Program-made: the position numbers and the translations under genes
Notes under the pieces: model-generated
Seen by the model: the letters and a program-made list of their open reading frames with translations, nothing else
Told to the model about the DNA's origin: nothing
Database searches by the model: none
Source: Candidatus Krumholzibacteriota bacterium
Lineage (GTDB): Bacteria; Krumholzibacteriota; Krumholzibacteriia; JAJRXK01
Direction of reading: 5' to 3'
Length of the DNA: 64,000 bases
Assembly (NCBI GenBank): GCA_963764625.1
Contig: CAVXTH010000006.1
Coordinates: 192,001 to 256,000, forward strand
Shown: positions 45,580 to 55,392 of the stretch, one piece after another
How the letters are laid out: each line of letters begins with the position of its first letter
Numbering within the stretch: the stretch's first letter is position 1

Positions 45580-46686
45580 TCAGCGAGTGCCGAAACGCGC
45601 CTTCAATTGACCGATTGATGTGGGTTCTACGGCGACCTGATTCTGCAGGATCACTCGCGCCCCATCGTAGAGAACCACGATGAGGTCGATCGGAGTTCCG
45701 TCACTGAGGGTTCCGGTGAGCTGGTTTTCGACTCCGCGCTCCTGGCTTCCCTGCAGCGTAAGCTGATGGCCGATCACCGTCAGTTGGGAGCTTCCCTGAA
45801 GTACGATCTGACCCATGTAATCGCCGCCGGAAAGAGAGATCTGGGAGAGCTTGAAGGCTGCGATGCACACGAGGGGAGAGGAGGACGACGAGCCCGCGAC
45901 GAAGTGGCCTCCCTCGATGAAGACCTGCGCTTGCTCGTCGATGCACAGCGCGCGACCGCCCGCCGCGGAGCCGGTGGAGGCTCCACCCTCGAAGCCGCCG
46001 TCGGAAATGGTGAGGGAGCCCCCGCTGAGATGAAGCGCGTCTCCACCGGTGGTCTGTCCCCTGCCACCCTGGAAGCTGCCCCCCGAGATGGTCCCGACGC
46101 CTTCGGCGTACTCCAGGGCGATGCCCCCGCTTCCGTCGAGCGCGTCGCCTCCCTGGATGGTGCCCCCGCTCAACTCCAGGGTCCCCCGCACGAACACTCC
46201 GAAGCAGCCGTGATCGGCCGTGCCGCCTCCCGCGATGAGACCGCCCGAGATGCGGCAGGAGTAGGCCGGGTCGCCGCCGATGAAATAGAGAGCGCTGGAG
46301 GTGTAGGTGCTGGTGGAATAGGCGGCGCGGATCTCCGCTCCCGGTTGCACCTCGACCTGGCAGAATGAGCTGGACAGGCCGCCGGCTCCCACGCTCCCGC
46401 CGGTTCCCTGGAGCAAACCGCCGCTGACGAGGATGGTCGATCCGCTGGCCCCGAGCACGGCCGTACCGTTGAGCAGCGGTTGCACCGAGGCGCCGGCTCC
46501 GATTTCGAGCGTGGTTCCGCTCTGTACGAATACCTGCTCCTGTTCGCTGCCCGAGAGTAGATGCGAGCCACCGTCGGCGTAGATCACGGCTCCTGCGTCC
46601 GGGCCGCCGAGAGCTTCGAGGAGCACAAAAAGAACGGTCGCAACCAGCAGCGGGAGGGAATCCGCCGCGCGCCTTCTGGGGAACAT
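45580..46686 (-). CDS. exported Gly-rich beta-helix-like protein with SIGxLK tail
   Basis: Repeated (I/L)SGGxxxGG units; LTGTLSDGTPID; ends VAVEPTSIGQLKARFGTR. Confidence 0.75.
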   Translation of the reverse strand: MFPRRRAADSLPLLVATVLFVLLEALGGPDAGAVIYADGGSHLLSGSEQEQVFVQSGTTLEIGAGASVQPLLNGTAVLGASGSTILVSGGLLQGTGGSVGAGGLSSSFCQVEVQPGAEIRAAYSTSTYTSSALYFIGGDPAYSCRISGGLIAGGGTADHGCFGVFVRGTLELSGGTIQGGDALDGSGGIALEYAEGVGTISGGSFQGGRGQTTGGDALHLSGGSLTISDGGFEGGASTGSAAGGRALCIDEQAQVFIEGGHFVAGSSSSSPLVCIAAFKLSQISLSGGDYMGQIVLQGSSQLTVIGHQLTLQGSQERGVENQLTGTLSDGTPIDLIVVLYDGARVILQNQVAVEPTSIGQLKARFGTR

Positions 46687-46917
46687 CGGGTGCCTCCCAG
46701 TCGAGGATAGCCAGCGCCACGGAGGGCAGTGTATACCCGGCCAAGAGGTAGGGGAAGTACCAAGCGCGGCACAATCCCCTGGAAATCGAACGACCGGGCG
46801 GGCTACACTGAGAGAGTAGGAGACGCCCCGGTTCTGGTTCCGGTCGGCTCCGGCGAATCGGCAGAGTTCTCCTGCCGGAGCCCACAACTCATCCTCCTGT
46901 CCGTACGAGGTGCGCCC

Positions 46918-47424
46918 ATGAGAGCCTTGCGATTTGTATCCCCGCTAGTTGTTCTGATCGCGCTTTGGAGTATGTCCGCGTCGGCGCAGGTCGTCGAATT
47001 CCCGCCGAGTTGGCAGGGAATATGGAATGAGAACGTGGTGATGAAAGACTGCGAAACGGGCACGGTGCTAGGGAGCTATGCACAACTCGATACGATTTGC
47101 CCCGGGAACAGCATCGGAGATACCGGCGACGTCTGTACGGGTACGATCACCGACACCGCCATCGATGTGACCTGCTCATGGTCGGAGGAGGTTTTTCCCG
47201 GTTGCACGGTCAGCTTCCAGTCCGTGACGACTGGTACCAAGAGTGGTAACTCGATTTCGGGGAGCACCGAGACCAGTACGAGTTATACGGCCGGATGTGG
47301 GTTGCCCGACACCTGTATTCGCGAGGAGATCACGGGCACCTTCGTCAGTGTCGCGGATGAAGCGGCATGCCCGAGTGTCGCGACCCCACCTGCCAGCTGG
47401 GGCGTGCTGAAATCGAGGTATTGA
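46918..47424 (+). CDS. exported Cys/Thr-rich protein with SWGxLK tail
   Basis: Signal peptide MRALRF...ASA; ends CPSVATPPASWGVLKSRY. Confidence 0.8.
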   Translation: MRALRFVSPLVVLIALWSMSASAQVVEFPPSWQGIWNENVVMKDCETGTVLGSYAQLDTICPGNSIGDTGDVCTGTITDTAIDVTCSWSEEVFPGCTVSFQSVTTGTKSGNSISGSTETSTSYTAGCGLPDTCIREEITGTFVSVADEAACPSVATPPASWGVLKSRY

Positions 47425-47604
47425 GGGGCCAAGAATCACACAGATTCGGGTCTTCACGCCCTCTTCACTTGAAATTCGCGGCCAGAGGGTGTGTAATGAG
47501 CAGAGAACAGGCTCATCGAGCGAAGTCGGGAATGCTCTCTCGACTGATGCTCCAGCCTGCAAACCCCTCGTTTTTCTCGAAGAGACAACATGGGAGCTGA
47601 CACA

Positions 47605-48318
47605 ATGAAGCGTATGCTATCGATTTCTCTTTTCACCGCCGTGGCTCTTCTGGCCGTGGCGAGCCTGGCCTTTGGCCAGTCCTACCAGGATATCCATGGC
47701 GTAGGCACTGACGGATGCGCGCCCTCACCCCTGGATGGCACATCCGTCTCCGTCACGGGAATCGTGTACGTGGTGCCCGGAGTCTACAACGCAGGATCAG
47801 TCTATTGGCAGGCGGCTGGCGGCGGAGCTGGCGGGTGCACTCTGTTCGATTCGAGCCTGGCTGGTGTCGTCAGCGAAGGCGATGAGATCAACGTCACTGG
47901 AGATGTCTCGTTCTTTGGTGCCGAAATCGAGCTCATCAATACGGTGGTGACCGTAGTGACCAACGGCAATGCAATCGTCTCGACTCCAATCGCAACCGGC
48001 GATTTGGCCGCCGGCACGGACCTGTTGGGTGATTTCCTGCAGGTCACTGGCACCTTGGCGCTGGTGAGCACGGGCTTTAATAGCACCTACACCGTCGATG
48101 ACGGAAGCGGTCCCGTGACCGTCTTCATCGATGGCACGACGCTGATCGACACCGCGACCACCTTGGATCCCTACTTGGGAGACATCGTCACGGTGAAGGG
48201 CTCGACCAAGTGCTTCAACGGTGAAGGTGAGCTTCTGCCTCGCCGCGACGCGGATATCACTCTGACCGCGGTTCCCGCTCCGACGAGCACCTGGGGTTCG
48301 CTGAAGGCGCAGTTCTAG
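47605..48318 (+). CDS. exported tandem OB-fold-like protein with TWGxLK tail
   Basis: SPLDGTSVSVTGIV, GDEINVTG, VDDGSG...GDIVTVKG...LLPRRDADI; ends PTSTWGSLKAQF. Confidence 0.8.
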   Translation: MKRMLSISLFTAVALLAVASLAFGQSYQDIHGVGTDGCAPSPLDGTSVSVTGIVYVVPGVYNAGSVYWQAAGGGAGGCTLFDSSLAGVVSEGDEINVTGDVSFFGAEIELINTVVTVVTNGNAIVSTPIATGDLAAGTDLLGDFLQVTGTLALVSTGFNSTYTVDDGSGPVTVFIDGTTLIDTATTLDPYLGDIVTVKGSTKCFNGEGELLPRRDADITLTAVPAPTSTWGSLKAQF

Positions 48319-48346
48319 AGTCTATTGCGCAATCGGATGGAACAAG

Positions 48347-48378
48347 ATCGGGGGCGCTTCGCGCGTCCCCGATTTTTC
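48347..48378 (+). terminator. intrinsic terminator
   Basis: ATCGGGG...CCCCGAT hairpin followed by TTTT. Confidence 0.65.
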
Positions 48379-48412
48379 GTTTCTGCTGCGGTGGGGTTCG
48401 GCTGTCCCAGAT

Positions 48413-48853
48413 TCAGTGCTTCTCGGGCGTGGCCAGACTATCGGCTTGTGCCGCTTCGGACAGCTTTTCTTCGATCATTTCCCTGAGTTGCGCCCGCGAG
48501 GCCTCTTGCTCGTCGACCGTTCCTTCGATCACGATCGCAAACCCGATCGAGCCCAAGAGAACCGACCCAAGGGTGGGGAAATTCTCATCGCGCACTTCGG
48601 CGATGAGCGGGGTGAGCATACTTGTGATGAGCAGGATTGCCCCGGTCAACAGTTGGGAGTCTGCCGCGTGGCGCGCTTCGGCGAAGCTCAACTGATGGGC
48701 TGCCGCGACCTTCTGGAGACGTTTCACGCGCGCTTCAGGGGTGTTGGGTAGAGGCTCGTCCGTGCGCGCGAGGGCCGGCATGGGCAGACACTGCCACAGG
48801 AAAAGAGCCAAGAGGGAGCACGCCCCAAGTCTTCTCATTCGCGTCATCTTCAC
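48413..48853 (-). CDS. hypothetical membrane protein
   Basis: Signal-like N-terminus plus two hydrophobic helices. Confidence 0.55.
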   Translation of the reverse strand: MKMTRMRRLGACSLLALFLWQCLPMPALARTDEPLPNTPEARVKRLQKVAAAHQLSFAEARHAADSQLLTGAILLITSMLTPLIAEVRDENFPTLGSVLLGSIGFAIVIEGTVDEQEASRAQLREMIEEKLSEAAQADSLATPEKH

Positions 48854-48998
48854 AACCTCGATCGGATTCCCGGCACATTGCTAGGGATCACTTGACAGTA
48901 GGCGATCGCGAAGCCTTAATAAAGCGCGAATCAAGCGTTGATTTTGCCCCGAGAATTCGGGATTTCCCCACTCTACCCCTTCCCACAGGAGGCCAGGA

Positions 48999-50776
48999 AT
49001 GTCCCGCGTGGATCCACATTCATACACTGACATCGACCAGGGCCGCGTTCACTCGATCGCGATCGACTGGATGGTCGATTTTGCCACGCGGCGTCTGCGC
49101 GGAGAGGTCACGCTTAAACTGGAAGGGGCCAAGGGCGGAATCCTGGATCTGGACACGCGCGAACTCGAGATCGAGAGCGTGAAGGGGCCCAAGGGCGAGG
49201 CTCTCGGCTGGGAGCTGGGCGAGCGGGAATCCTTCATGGGTCAACGGCTCCGCATCGAGCTGCCCAAAGGCAGTGAATCGGTCACCATCACCTACCAGAC
49301 CTCCCAAGAGGCCAGCGCCCTGCAGTGGCTCGAGCCAGCCAACACGGCCGGAAAAGTGCATCCCTATCTCTTCAGCCAGTGCCAGCCCCACCACGCGCGC
49401 AGCATGCTGCCCCTGCAGGACAGCGCCAGCGTGCGCTTCAGCTATCAGGCGAAAGTCGAGGTGCCGGAGGCGCTGGTGGCGGTCATGTCGGCCGCACCGG
49501 GAGAGAGCGCAAAGGGGGACAAGGGCCGCAAGGTCTATCACTTCGAGATGCCGCAGCCGATTCCCGGTTATCTTTTGGCGCTCGCTGTGGGAAACATCGC
49601 CAATCGCGACCTGGGTCCCCGCTCGCGCGTCTACACCGAACCGGAGATGCTCGACGCCGCGGCCTGGGAGTTTGAGAGTGTCGACTCCATGCTGCAGAAG
49701 GCGGAGGCGCTGTTCGGGCCCTATCGCTGGGAGCGCTACGACTTCTTGGTGATGCCGCCGGCCTTTCCCTACGGGGGCATGGAGAATCCGCGTCTGACCT
49801 TCTTGACCCCCTCGCTTCTGGCGGGCGACCGGAGTCTGGTGAACGTGCTGGCGCACGAACTGGCGCACTCCTGGACCGGCAATCTCATCACTAACGCCAC
49901 AATGAACGACTTCTGGCTCAACGAGGGTTTCACGGTGTGGGCCGAGCGGCGCATCCTGGAAGCGCTCGAAGGGGAGGAGGCGGTTTCGCTCTCGGCCGCG
50001 ATCGGCCGGGCCGATCTGGAAGAGGCCATCGAGGACTTCGGCAAGGGCTCGCCGCTCACGCGTCTCAAGAACGATCTCTCCGGTGTCGATCCCGACGAGA
50101 TCTACAGCGTGGTGCCTTACGAGAAGGGCTGCCTCTTCGTGCAGTTGCTCGAGCGTACGGTGGGAAGGGAGAAGTTGGATTCCTTCATGCGCAAGTACAT
50201 GGACCGCTTCGAATTCACCAGCATCACCACCGAGGATTTCCTGGCGTTCTTAGACGAGCAACTTCCCGGAACGGCGGAAAAGGTGGAGGCGAAGAAGTGG
50301 ATCTACGAAGCCAAACGTTCCCGCCAACGAGCCGCCGTTTTCTTCCCCGCGGCGCGAGGAATTGCAGCGCTTGGGCAAAGCTTCACCAAGGGCGAGCGGC
50401 CCGATCCCGCGAAGGCCAAGAAATGGCGCATCGACGAGTGGCTGGTGTGGTTCGCGGCGCTGCCCGACCAAGCTCTCCACAGGAAGACTGCGACTGGCTG
50501 GAAAGCACCTTCTCCTTCAACGAGAGCGGCAACGCCGAGATCCTGAACAAGTGGCTCGCGATCGCCGCCAGCTCGTCCTACGAGCCCAGCTACGAGAAAT
50601 TGCGCGACTTCTTGGGGACCTTCGGGCGCATGAAGTACCTCAAGCCGCTCTACAAGGCCATGTACGAGAACCCGGACACCAAGGATCTCGCGCTGTCGAT
50701 TTTCGATGAGCACAAGGATCTCTATCATCCCATCGCGCGCGCCGGCCTGGAGAGCATCCTGAAGCTGAGCAAGTAA
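48999..50776 (+). CDS. M1-family aminopeptidase (leukotriene A4 hydrolase-like); frameshifts ~50310-50480
   Basis: FSQCQ, GGMENP, HELAHSW...WLNEG, VPYEKG; C-terminal GRMKYLKPLY in ORF ending 50776. Confidence 0.92.
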
Positions 50777-50824
50777 TTAGCCGCATTGCCTGAATGAGAC
50801 CGCGAAGCGGGCCGGAGGAATCGA

Positions 50825-52200
50825 GTGAAGACCATCATCGAGCCGTTCAAGATCAAGTCGGTCGAACCCATCCGGATGACCACGAAGGAGGAAAGGGAGA
50901 AGATCTTGGCCGAGGCCGGCTGGAATCCCTTTCTGGTGCACGCCGACGACGTCTTGATCGATCTCTTGACCGACAGCGGGACCTCCGCGATGAGTGCGAA
51001 GCAGTGGGCGGCGATCATGCAGGGTGATGAAGCCTACGCGTGCAGTCGTTCCTTCTACCGTTTCGAAGTGGCGGTCAAGGACATCATGGGCTTCAAGTAC
51101 GTCATTCCCACCCACCAGGGCCGTGCGGCCGAGCGCATTCTCTTCAGCATTTTGTGCGACGAGAACTCGGTGGTGCCCAACAACACGCACTTCGACACCA
51201 CGCGGGCCAACATCGAGTTTCGCGGGGCCAAGGCGGTCGACGTCGTCATCGATGTGGCGAACGTACCCAGCGAGGTTCATCCCTTCAAAGGGAACGTCGA
51301 TCTCGAGAAACTGCGCGGGGTCATCGAAAAGTACGGCAAGGATCGCATTCCGGCCGTGATGATCACGGTGACGAACAACTCGGGCGGCGGCCAGCCGGTG
51401 AGCATGGCCAACATCAAGGCGGTGCGCGCAGTCTGCGACGAGTTCGGACTGCCTCTGTACTTCGACGCCTGCCGCTTCGCCGAGAACGCCTACTTCATCA
51501 AGCTGCGTGAAGAGGGCTATGCCGACAAGACGGTGAAGGCGATCGCCCAGGAGATGTTCTCCTACGCCGACGGCTGCACCATGAGCGCGAAAAAGGACGC
51601 GCTGGTGAACATCGGCGGTTTTTTGTGTACGAACGACGACCTTCTGGCGCGCCAGGAGCGGGATCTATTGATCCTCACCGAGGGCTTTCCCACCTACGGC
51701 GGATTGGCGGGGCGCGATCTGGAGGCGATGGCGCAGGGACTGCAAGAGGTGCTCGAAGAGGACTACTTGCAGTACCGCATCGCGAGCACGCGCTATCTGG
51801 GCGACCGTATTTCGGCCGCCGGGCGTGCCCATCATGCAGCCGCCGGGCGGGCACGCGATTTACATCGACGCCAAGGGAATGCTCCCGCATCTGGAGCCCC
51901 TGCAATACCCCGGTCAGGCCCTGACCTGCGAGCTGTATCTGGAAGGCGGCATCCGCGCGGTGGAAATCGGCTCGGTGATGTTCGCGTCGAAGGACGAGAA
52001 GACCGGCGCGGAGCTACCCGCCCCGATGGAACTGGTACGCCTGGCGATTCCGCGGCGGGTGTACACCCAGAGCCACATCGACTACGTCATCGAGGTCATT
52101 CTCGCGCTCTAACGAGCGGCGCGATTCCATTCGCGGCATGCGCATCGTGGAGCAGGCGCCGTTCTTGCGCCACTTCAGCGCCAAGTTCGAGTGGCTGTAG
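50825..52200 (+). CDS. tnaA: tryptophanase (beta-eliminating lyase); frameshifts ~51825 and ~52110
   Basis: [28 protein letters not shown] (PLP Lys), [14 protein letters not shown] (His favours TnaA over tyrosine phenol-lyase). Confidence 0.85.
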
Positions 52201-52221
52201 GGGCGTTCAACCCGGGTAGAA

Positions 52222-52245
52222 GTATACCCGGGTAGACAATTCTGC
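52222..52245. repeat. 24-bp direct repeat copy 1 (palindromic core TACCCGGGTA)
   Basis: GTATACCCGGGTAGACAATTCTGC. Confidence 0.85.
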
Positions 52246-52298
52246 GGTCGACAATTGTGCTCTCCTCGCGATCGACAGGCGCGGGAATCGTATCGTAA

Positions 52299-52961
52299 TC
52301 AGTACCAGGACTTCAGCGTGCCCATGGTGCAGGTGGGGGCGGGATCGGGGTAGATGATCCCCGCCTCATCATCACCACCCGCGATCATCTACTGGTGGAA
52401 GCCCGAATTATGTACGGAACATGCAGTGTAGCCAAGAGCTCCGGATATGGGGTCAGTAGCCGTGAGCCGGACGAGAAAAAAGAAACTTAATGCAACTTCC
52501 TCGACCACATCGAAGCTGCCGAGTACGATCAAACCATCAGAGGATATGCAGTCCGGCGGTGTCACGTCGAAGGTGATTTGCTCAGCTTCGAAGGGATCAT
52601 CCCGGTTCAGAGTAAACGCGTAGTTCGTTCCCTCGGGAAAGTGCGGAGTGATGAGACTATGGTCTGGAATACGCAAGCCCAAGGAGTAGTCAGCCACATC
52701 TCCGGGGAGATTGTTGGCCACAACGTAGGCCGTGAAGCCATCGCGGCCGTACTCATCCCTCCAATAGTATTCCTGACCACATTCCTCACCGGGATTGCAG
52801 AACGTTATGTAGCGCGCCGTACCCTCGGGATTCAGGTAAATCCCGATCTCACCCGAGGCGGGCTGTGCTAGGGCGGAGACCCCAGTCGCAAGTGAGAGGA
52901 CGAGGACGATGGGGAGGATAAGAACGAAGTCGAGGCGCACTCGCGTGGAGGGAATGACCAT
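52299..52961 (-). CDS. exported hypothetical protein, paralog-like to 23438..24127; in-frame TAG at 52389-52391 before the tail TMGTLKSWY
   Basis: Signal peptide; GEIGIYLNPEG...AYVVANNLPGDVADY; frame continues past TAG as MIAGGDDEAGIIYPDPAPTCTMGTLKSWY*. Confidence 0.65.
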
Positions 52962-53061
52962 GGTACGAACTCCAGCGCTGGATTCTCGATGGGAGCCAGC
53001 TCGTTTCGAGTGTACCACTCCCTGCACACGCGACGGCAGGTGAAAGGACCGAGGTTGACCT

Positions 53062-53085
53062 GTATACCCGGGTAGACGATTCTGC
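53062..53085. repeat. 24-bp direct repeat copy 2
   Basis: GTATACCCGGGTAGACGATTCTGC (1 mismatch to copy 1). Confidence 0.85.
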
Positions 53086-53345
53086 TGGTCACGCGATCCC
53101 GGGTACAATTTATAGCCGGCTATAAAAATGGATGCGCCCATCGATCGAGTTTGGCTGTGACATTCACGGATTGCCTCCGAACGCCCCTCGGTGCTCCGGA
53201 CTGTCCCGGATTCGGGACAGCGGACAGCGACTGTCAACCGCTGGGGATATCTCAGGACGGACGATCGGATCCATCGATCACCTTGAGCTAGGGTTTCGAC
53301 ACGCTCTGAAAGCTGGAGCACGTACCCTGCTCTACGGCATCCCCC

Positions 53346-53978
53346 ATGCATCTTCAGGACGGATCGCCTCCCTGGGAGAGGCTGCAGGTGGCTCGTGCCG
53401 TCGCCCTTGCCTTCATTCTCTATCTCGGATGTCTTGCCGCCTGCAGTGGAGCGCCCACCCACGAGCTTCCCGCGGCTCCCTCTCGAAGTGAGCGGGATGG
53501 GGCGGACTCTCTCACGGGAGTGGATCCTCAAGAGCCGCTCCCCGCCGATCCTCAGCTGGAGGAGTTTTTCTGGCGCGCGCAATTTCTGCTGCGGCGCCTC
53601 TCCGCGCATGCGTCCACTCGCGAAGAGATGCAGCGAGCGTTGCGAGCGGGTCCGGCGGGATTTGCGCATCTGGTGCGAATGTCGCCCGCTGAGCTCAGCG
53701 GGCGGATGGACACCCTGCGCTGGCAGGGCGCCGTTCTCTTGCGGCGCTACCCTGAGCTATCCGCCTGTCTCTTGGAGATCGAGCGGGAGGAGGGGCCACC
53801 CTGTGATCCCAGCGACGCGGTCGAGCTGGTGCAGGATATGGCCCCGCACGCACGCGTGAGACTACGACGGGACGATCTGCCCTACGTGGCTTCCCTCATC
53901 CTGAGTGCGGCGACCGGGAATCCTATTCTCTACTTTGTGGGTTCAGCGTTGGCGACACGCAGGTGGGGAGGGGGCTGA
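53346..53978 (+). CDS. hypothetical lipoprotein
   Basis: Hydrophobic leader ending LAAC; C-terminal hydrophobic segment. Confidence 0.5.
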   Translation: MHLQDGSPPWERLQVARAVALAFILYLGCLAACSGAPTHELPAAPSRSERDGADSLTGVDPQEPLPADPQLEEFFWRAQFLLRRLSAHASTREEMQRALRAGPAGFAHLVRMSPAELSGRMDTLRWQGAVLLRRYPELSACLLEIEREEGPPCDPSDAVELVQDMAPHARVRLRRDDLPYVASLILSAATGNPILYFVGSALATRRWGGG

Positions 53979-54001
53979 AGACTTCGCGCGGTCGAAGAAC
54001 T

Positions 54002-55392
54002 CTACTTCCACACCCTCCCCAAGAAGCTCTGGATCTCGGGCACCCCGCCCTGAAACACGAGGTAGCCGTCGTGCGGCTCGCGTTCGGTCATCTCGCCGGC
54101 GATCGTGGTCTTCATGAGCTCCTTGACTTTCTCCGGCTCGCCCGGGTGCATGCCCAAGGCCCAGCCAAGCTTGATGTAGGCCACTTCGGGCAACATGTTC
54201 GCCAGGGGCACCACACCCAGTTCCAGGATCTCGCGGCCGGTTTCGTACACGTGCATCTGCACGAAGCCCCACAGAGTCTGCAGGGTCATGAACACGCAGA
54301 CGCCTGCCTCGCGCGCCTTGCGCAAGCGCGGGATAGACGCTGCGATTGACATGCCCCAGGCCGGTTCCCGCGATCACGATTCCCTTGTAGCCGCAATCGA
54401 TGAGCGATTCGATGATGTCGGGCTGCATGTTGGGGTAGTAATAGACCAGACTCACCTTCTCATGGAAGGTGGCGTACACCTGGACTTCGTTGTCGTCACG
54501 CCGCCGCTGGTAATCGTCCTTGAGCGCGGTGATGCGTCCGTCTTCCACCATGGCCAGAGGAATGTCGCCGATGGTGCGAAAGGTGCTGCGATAGCTGCTG
54601 TGCATCTTGCGCACCCGCGTGCCGCGGTGCAGCAGGTTGTAGCGATCGCTGGTGGGCCCGAACATGCATACCATGACTTCGGCGATGTCACCCTCGGCCG
54701 CGGCCCAGGTGGCGTTGATGAGGTTTTGCGCCGCATCCGAGGAGGGCCGGTCGCTCGAGCGCTGCGATCCCACCATCACGATGGGCACCGGCGGCGACTG
54801 CACCATGAAGGAGAGCGCCGCCGCGGTATGGTGCATGGTATCGGTACCGTGGCCGATCACCACCCCCGCATAGCCATCACGGATTGCCTCCCCGGTACGC
54901 TCCGCCAACACCAGATACTGCTCGGGTCCCATGTTCTCGCTGAACACGCCGAAGAGCTTCTCGGTTTCCAAATTGCAGATGTCCGCCAACTCGGGGACCG
55001 ATCCGTAGAGTTCACCGGGCGAGAATGCCGGGATGACCGCTCCGGTGCGATAATCCAGGCGCGAGGCGATCGTGCCTCCGGTGCCGAAGAGCTTCACTCT
55101 TGGCTTGTTCGCGCTCACCGGGAATTCCTTCTCGGGAATCTGGTAGTGCGCCTCGCGGTAGCCGATCTGCTCGAGCTTCTCGATCGTGTCGTGCCGCAGT
55201 CCGATGTTGTAGCCAGTGTTGAGCTTCAAGCACGATGTGCTGCGCGTCGGCCGTCTCGCTGCGGGGGAGAAGCAGTCCCTCGAAGCTACCGGTCTTCGTG
55301 GTGGCGCGCACCTCACACCACACGCCCACCTTGAATTTTTCCATGAGCGCCCTGCAGGGGTCGCGGTAGCCCTTGAATCGATCGTCGGTCAT
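54002..55392 (-). CDS. gatD: Glu-tRNA(Gln) amidotransferase subunit D (archaeal type); frameshifts ~55228 and ~54325
   Basis: N-terminal EGLLLPR...KLNTGYNIG domain; GTGGTIASRLDYRTGAV, HGTDT, GSQRSSDRPSSD, RKMHSSYRSTF, MLPEVAYIKLGWALG. Confidence 0.9.

Noticed and set aside
36660-52391. Genome-wide TAG recoding or pyrrolysine suggested by two in-frame ambers
   Set aside because: TAG is the normal stop of clpP, tig, tnaA, both permeases and others here; no pyl genes or suppressor tRNA in the window; the sequence is error-rich.
52210-53110. CRISPR array or integron attC interpretation of the repeats
   Set aside because: Only two full copies 840 bp apart, no regular spacers, no cas/intI gene, no RYYYAAC/GTTRRRY attC ends.
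52962-53669. N-terminal 236 aa of ORF 52389..53669
   Set aside because: Overlaps repeats and an opposite-strand gene; the signal peptide begins at ATG 52961.
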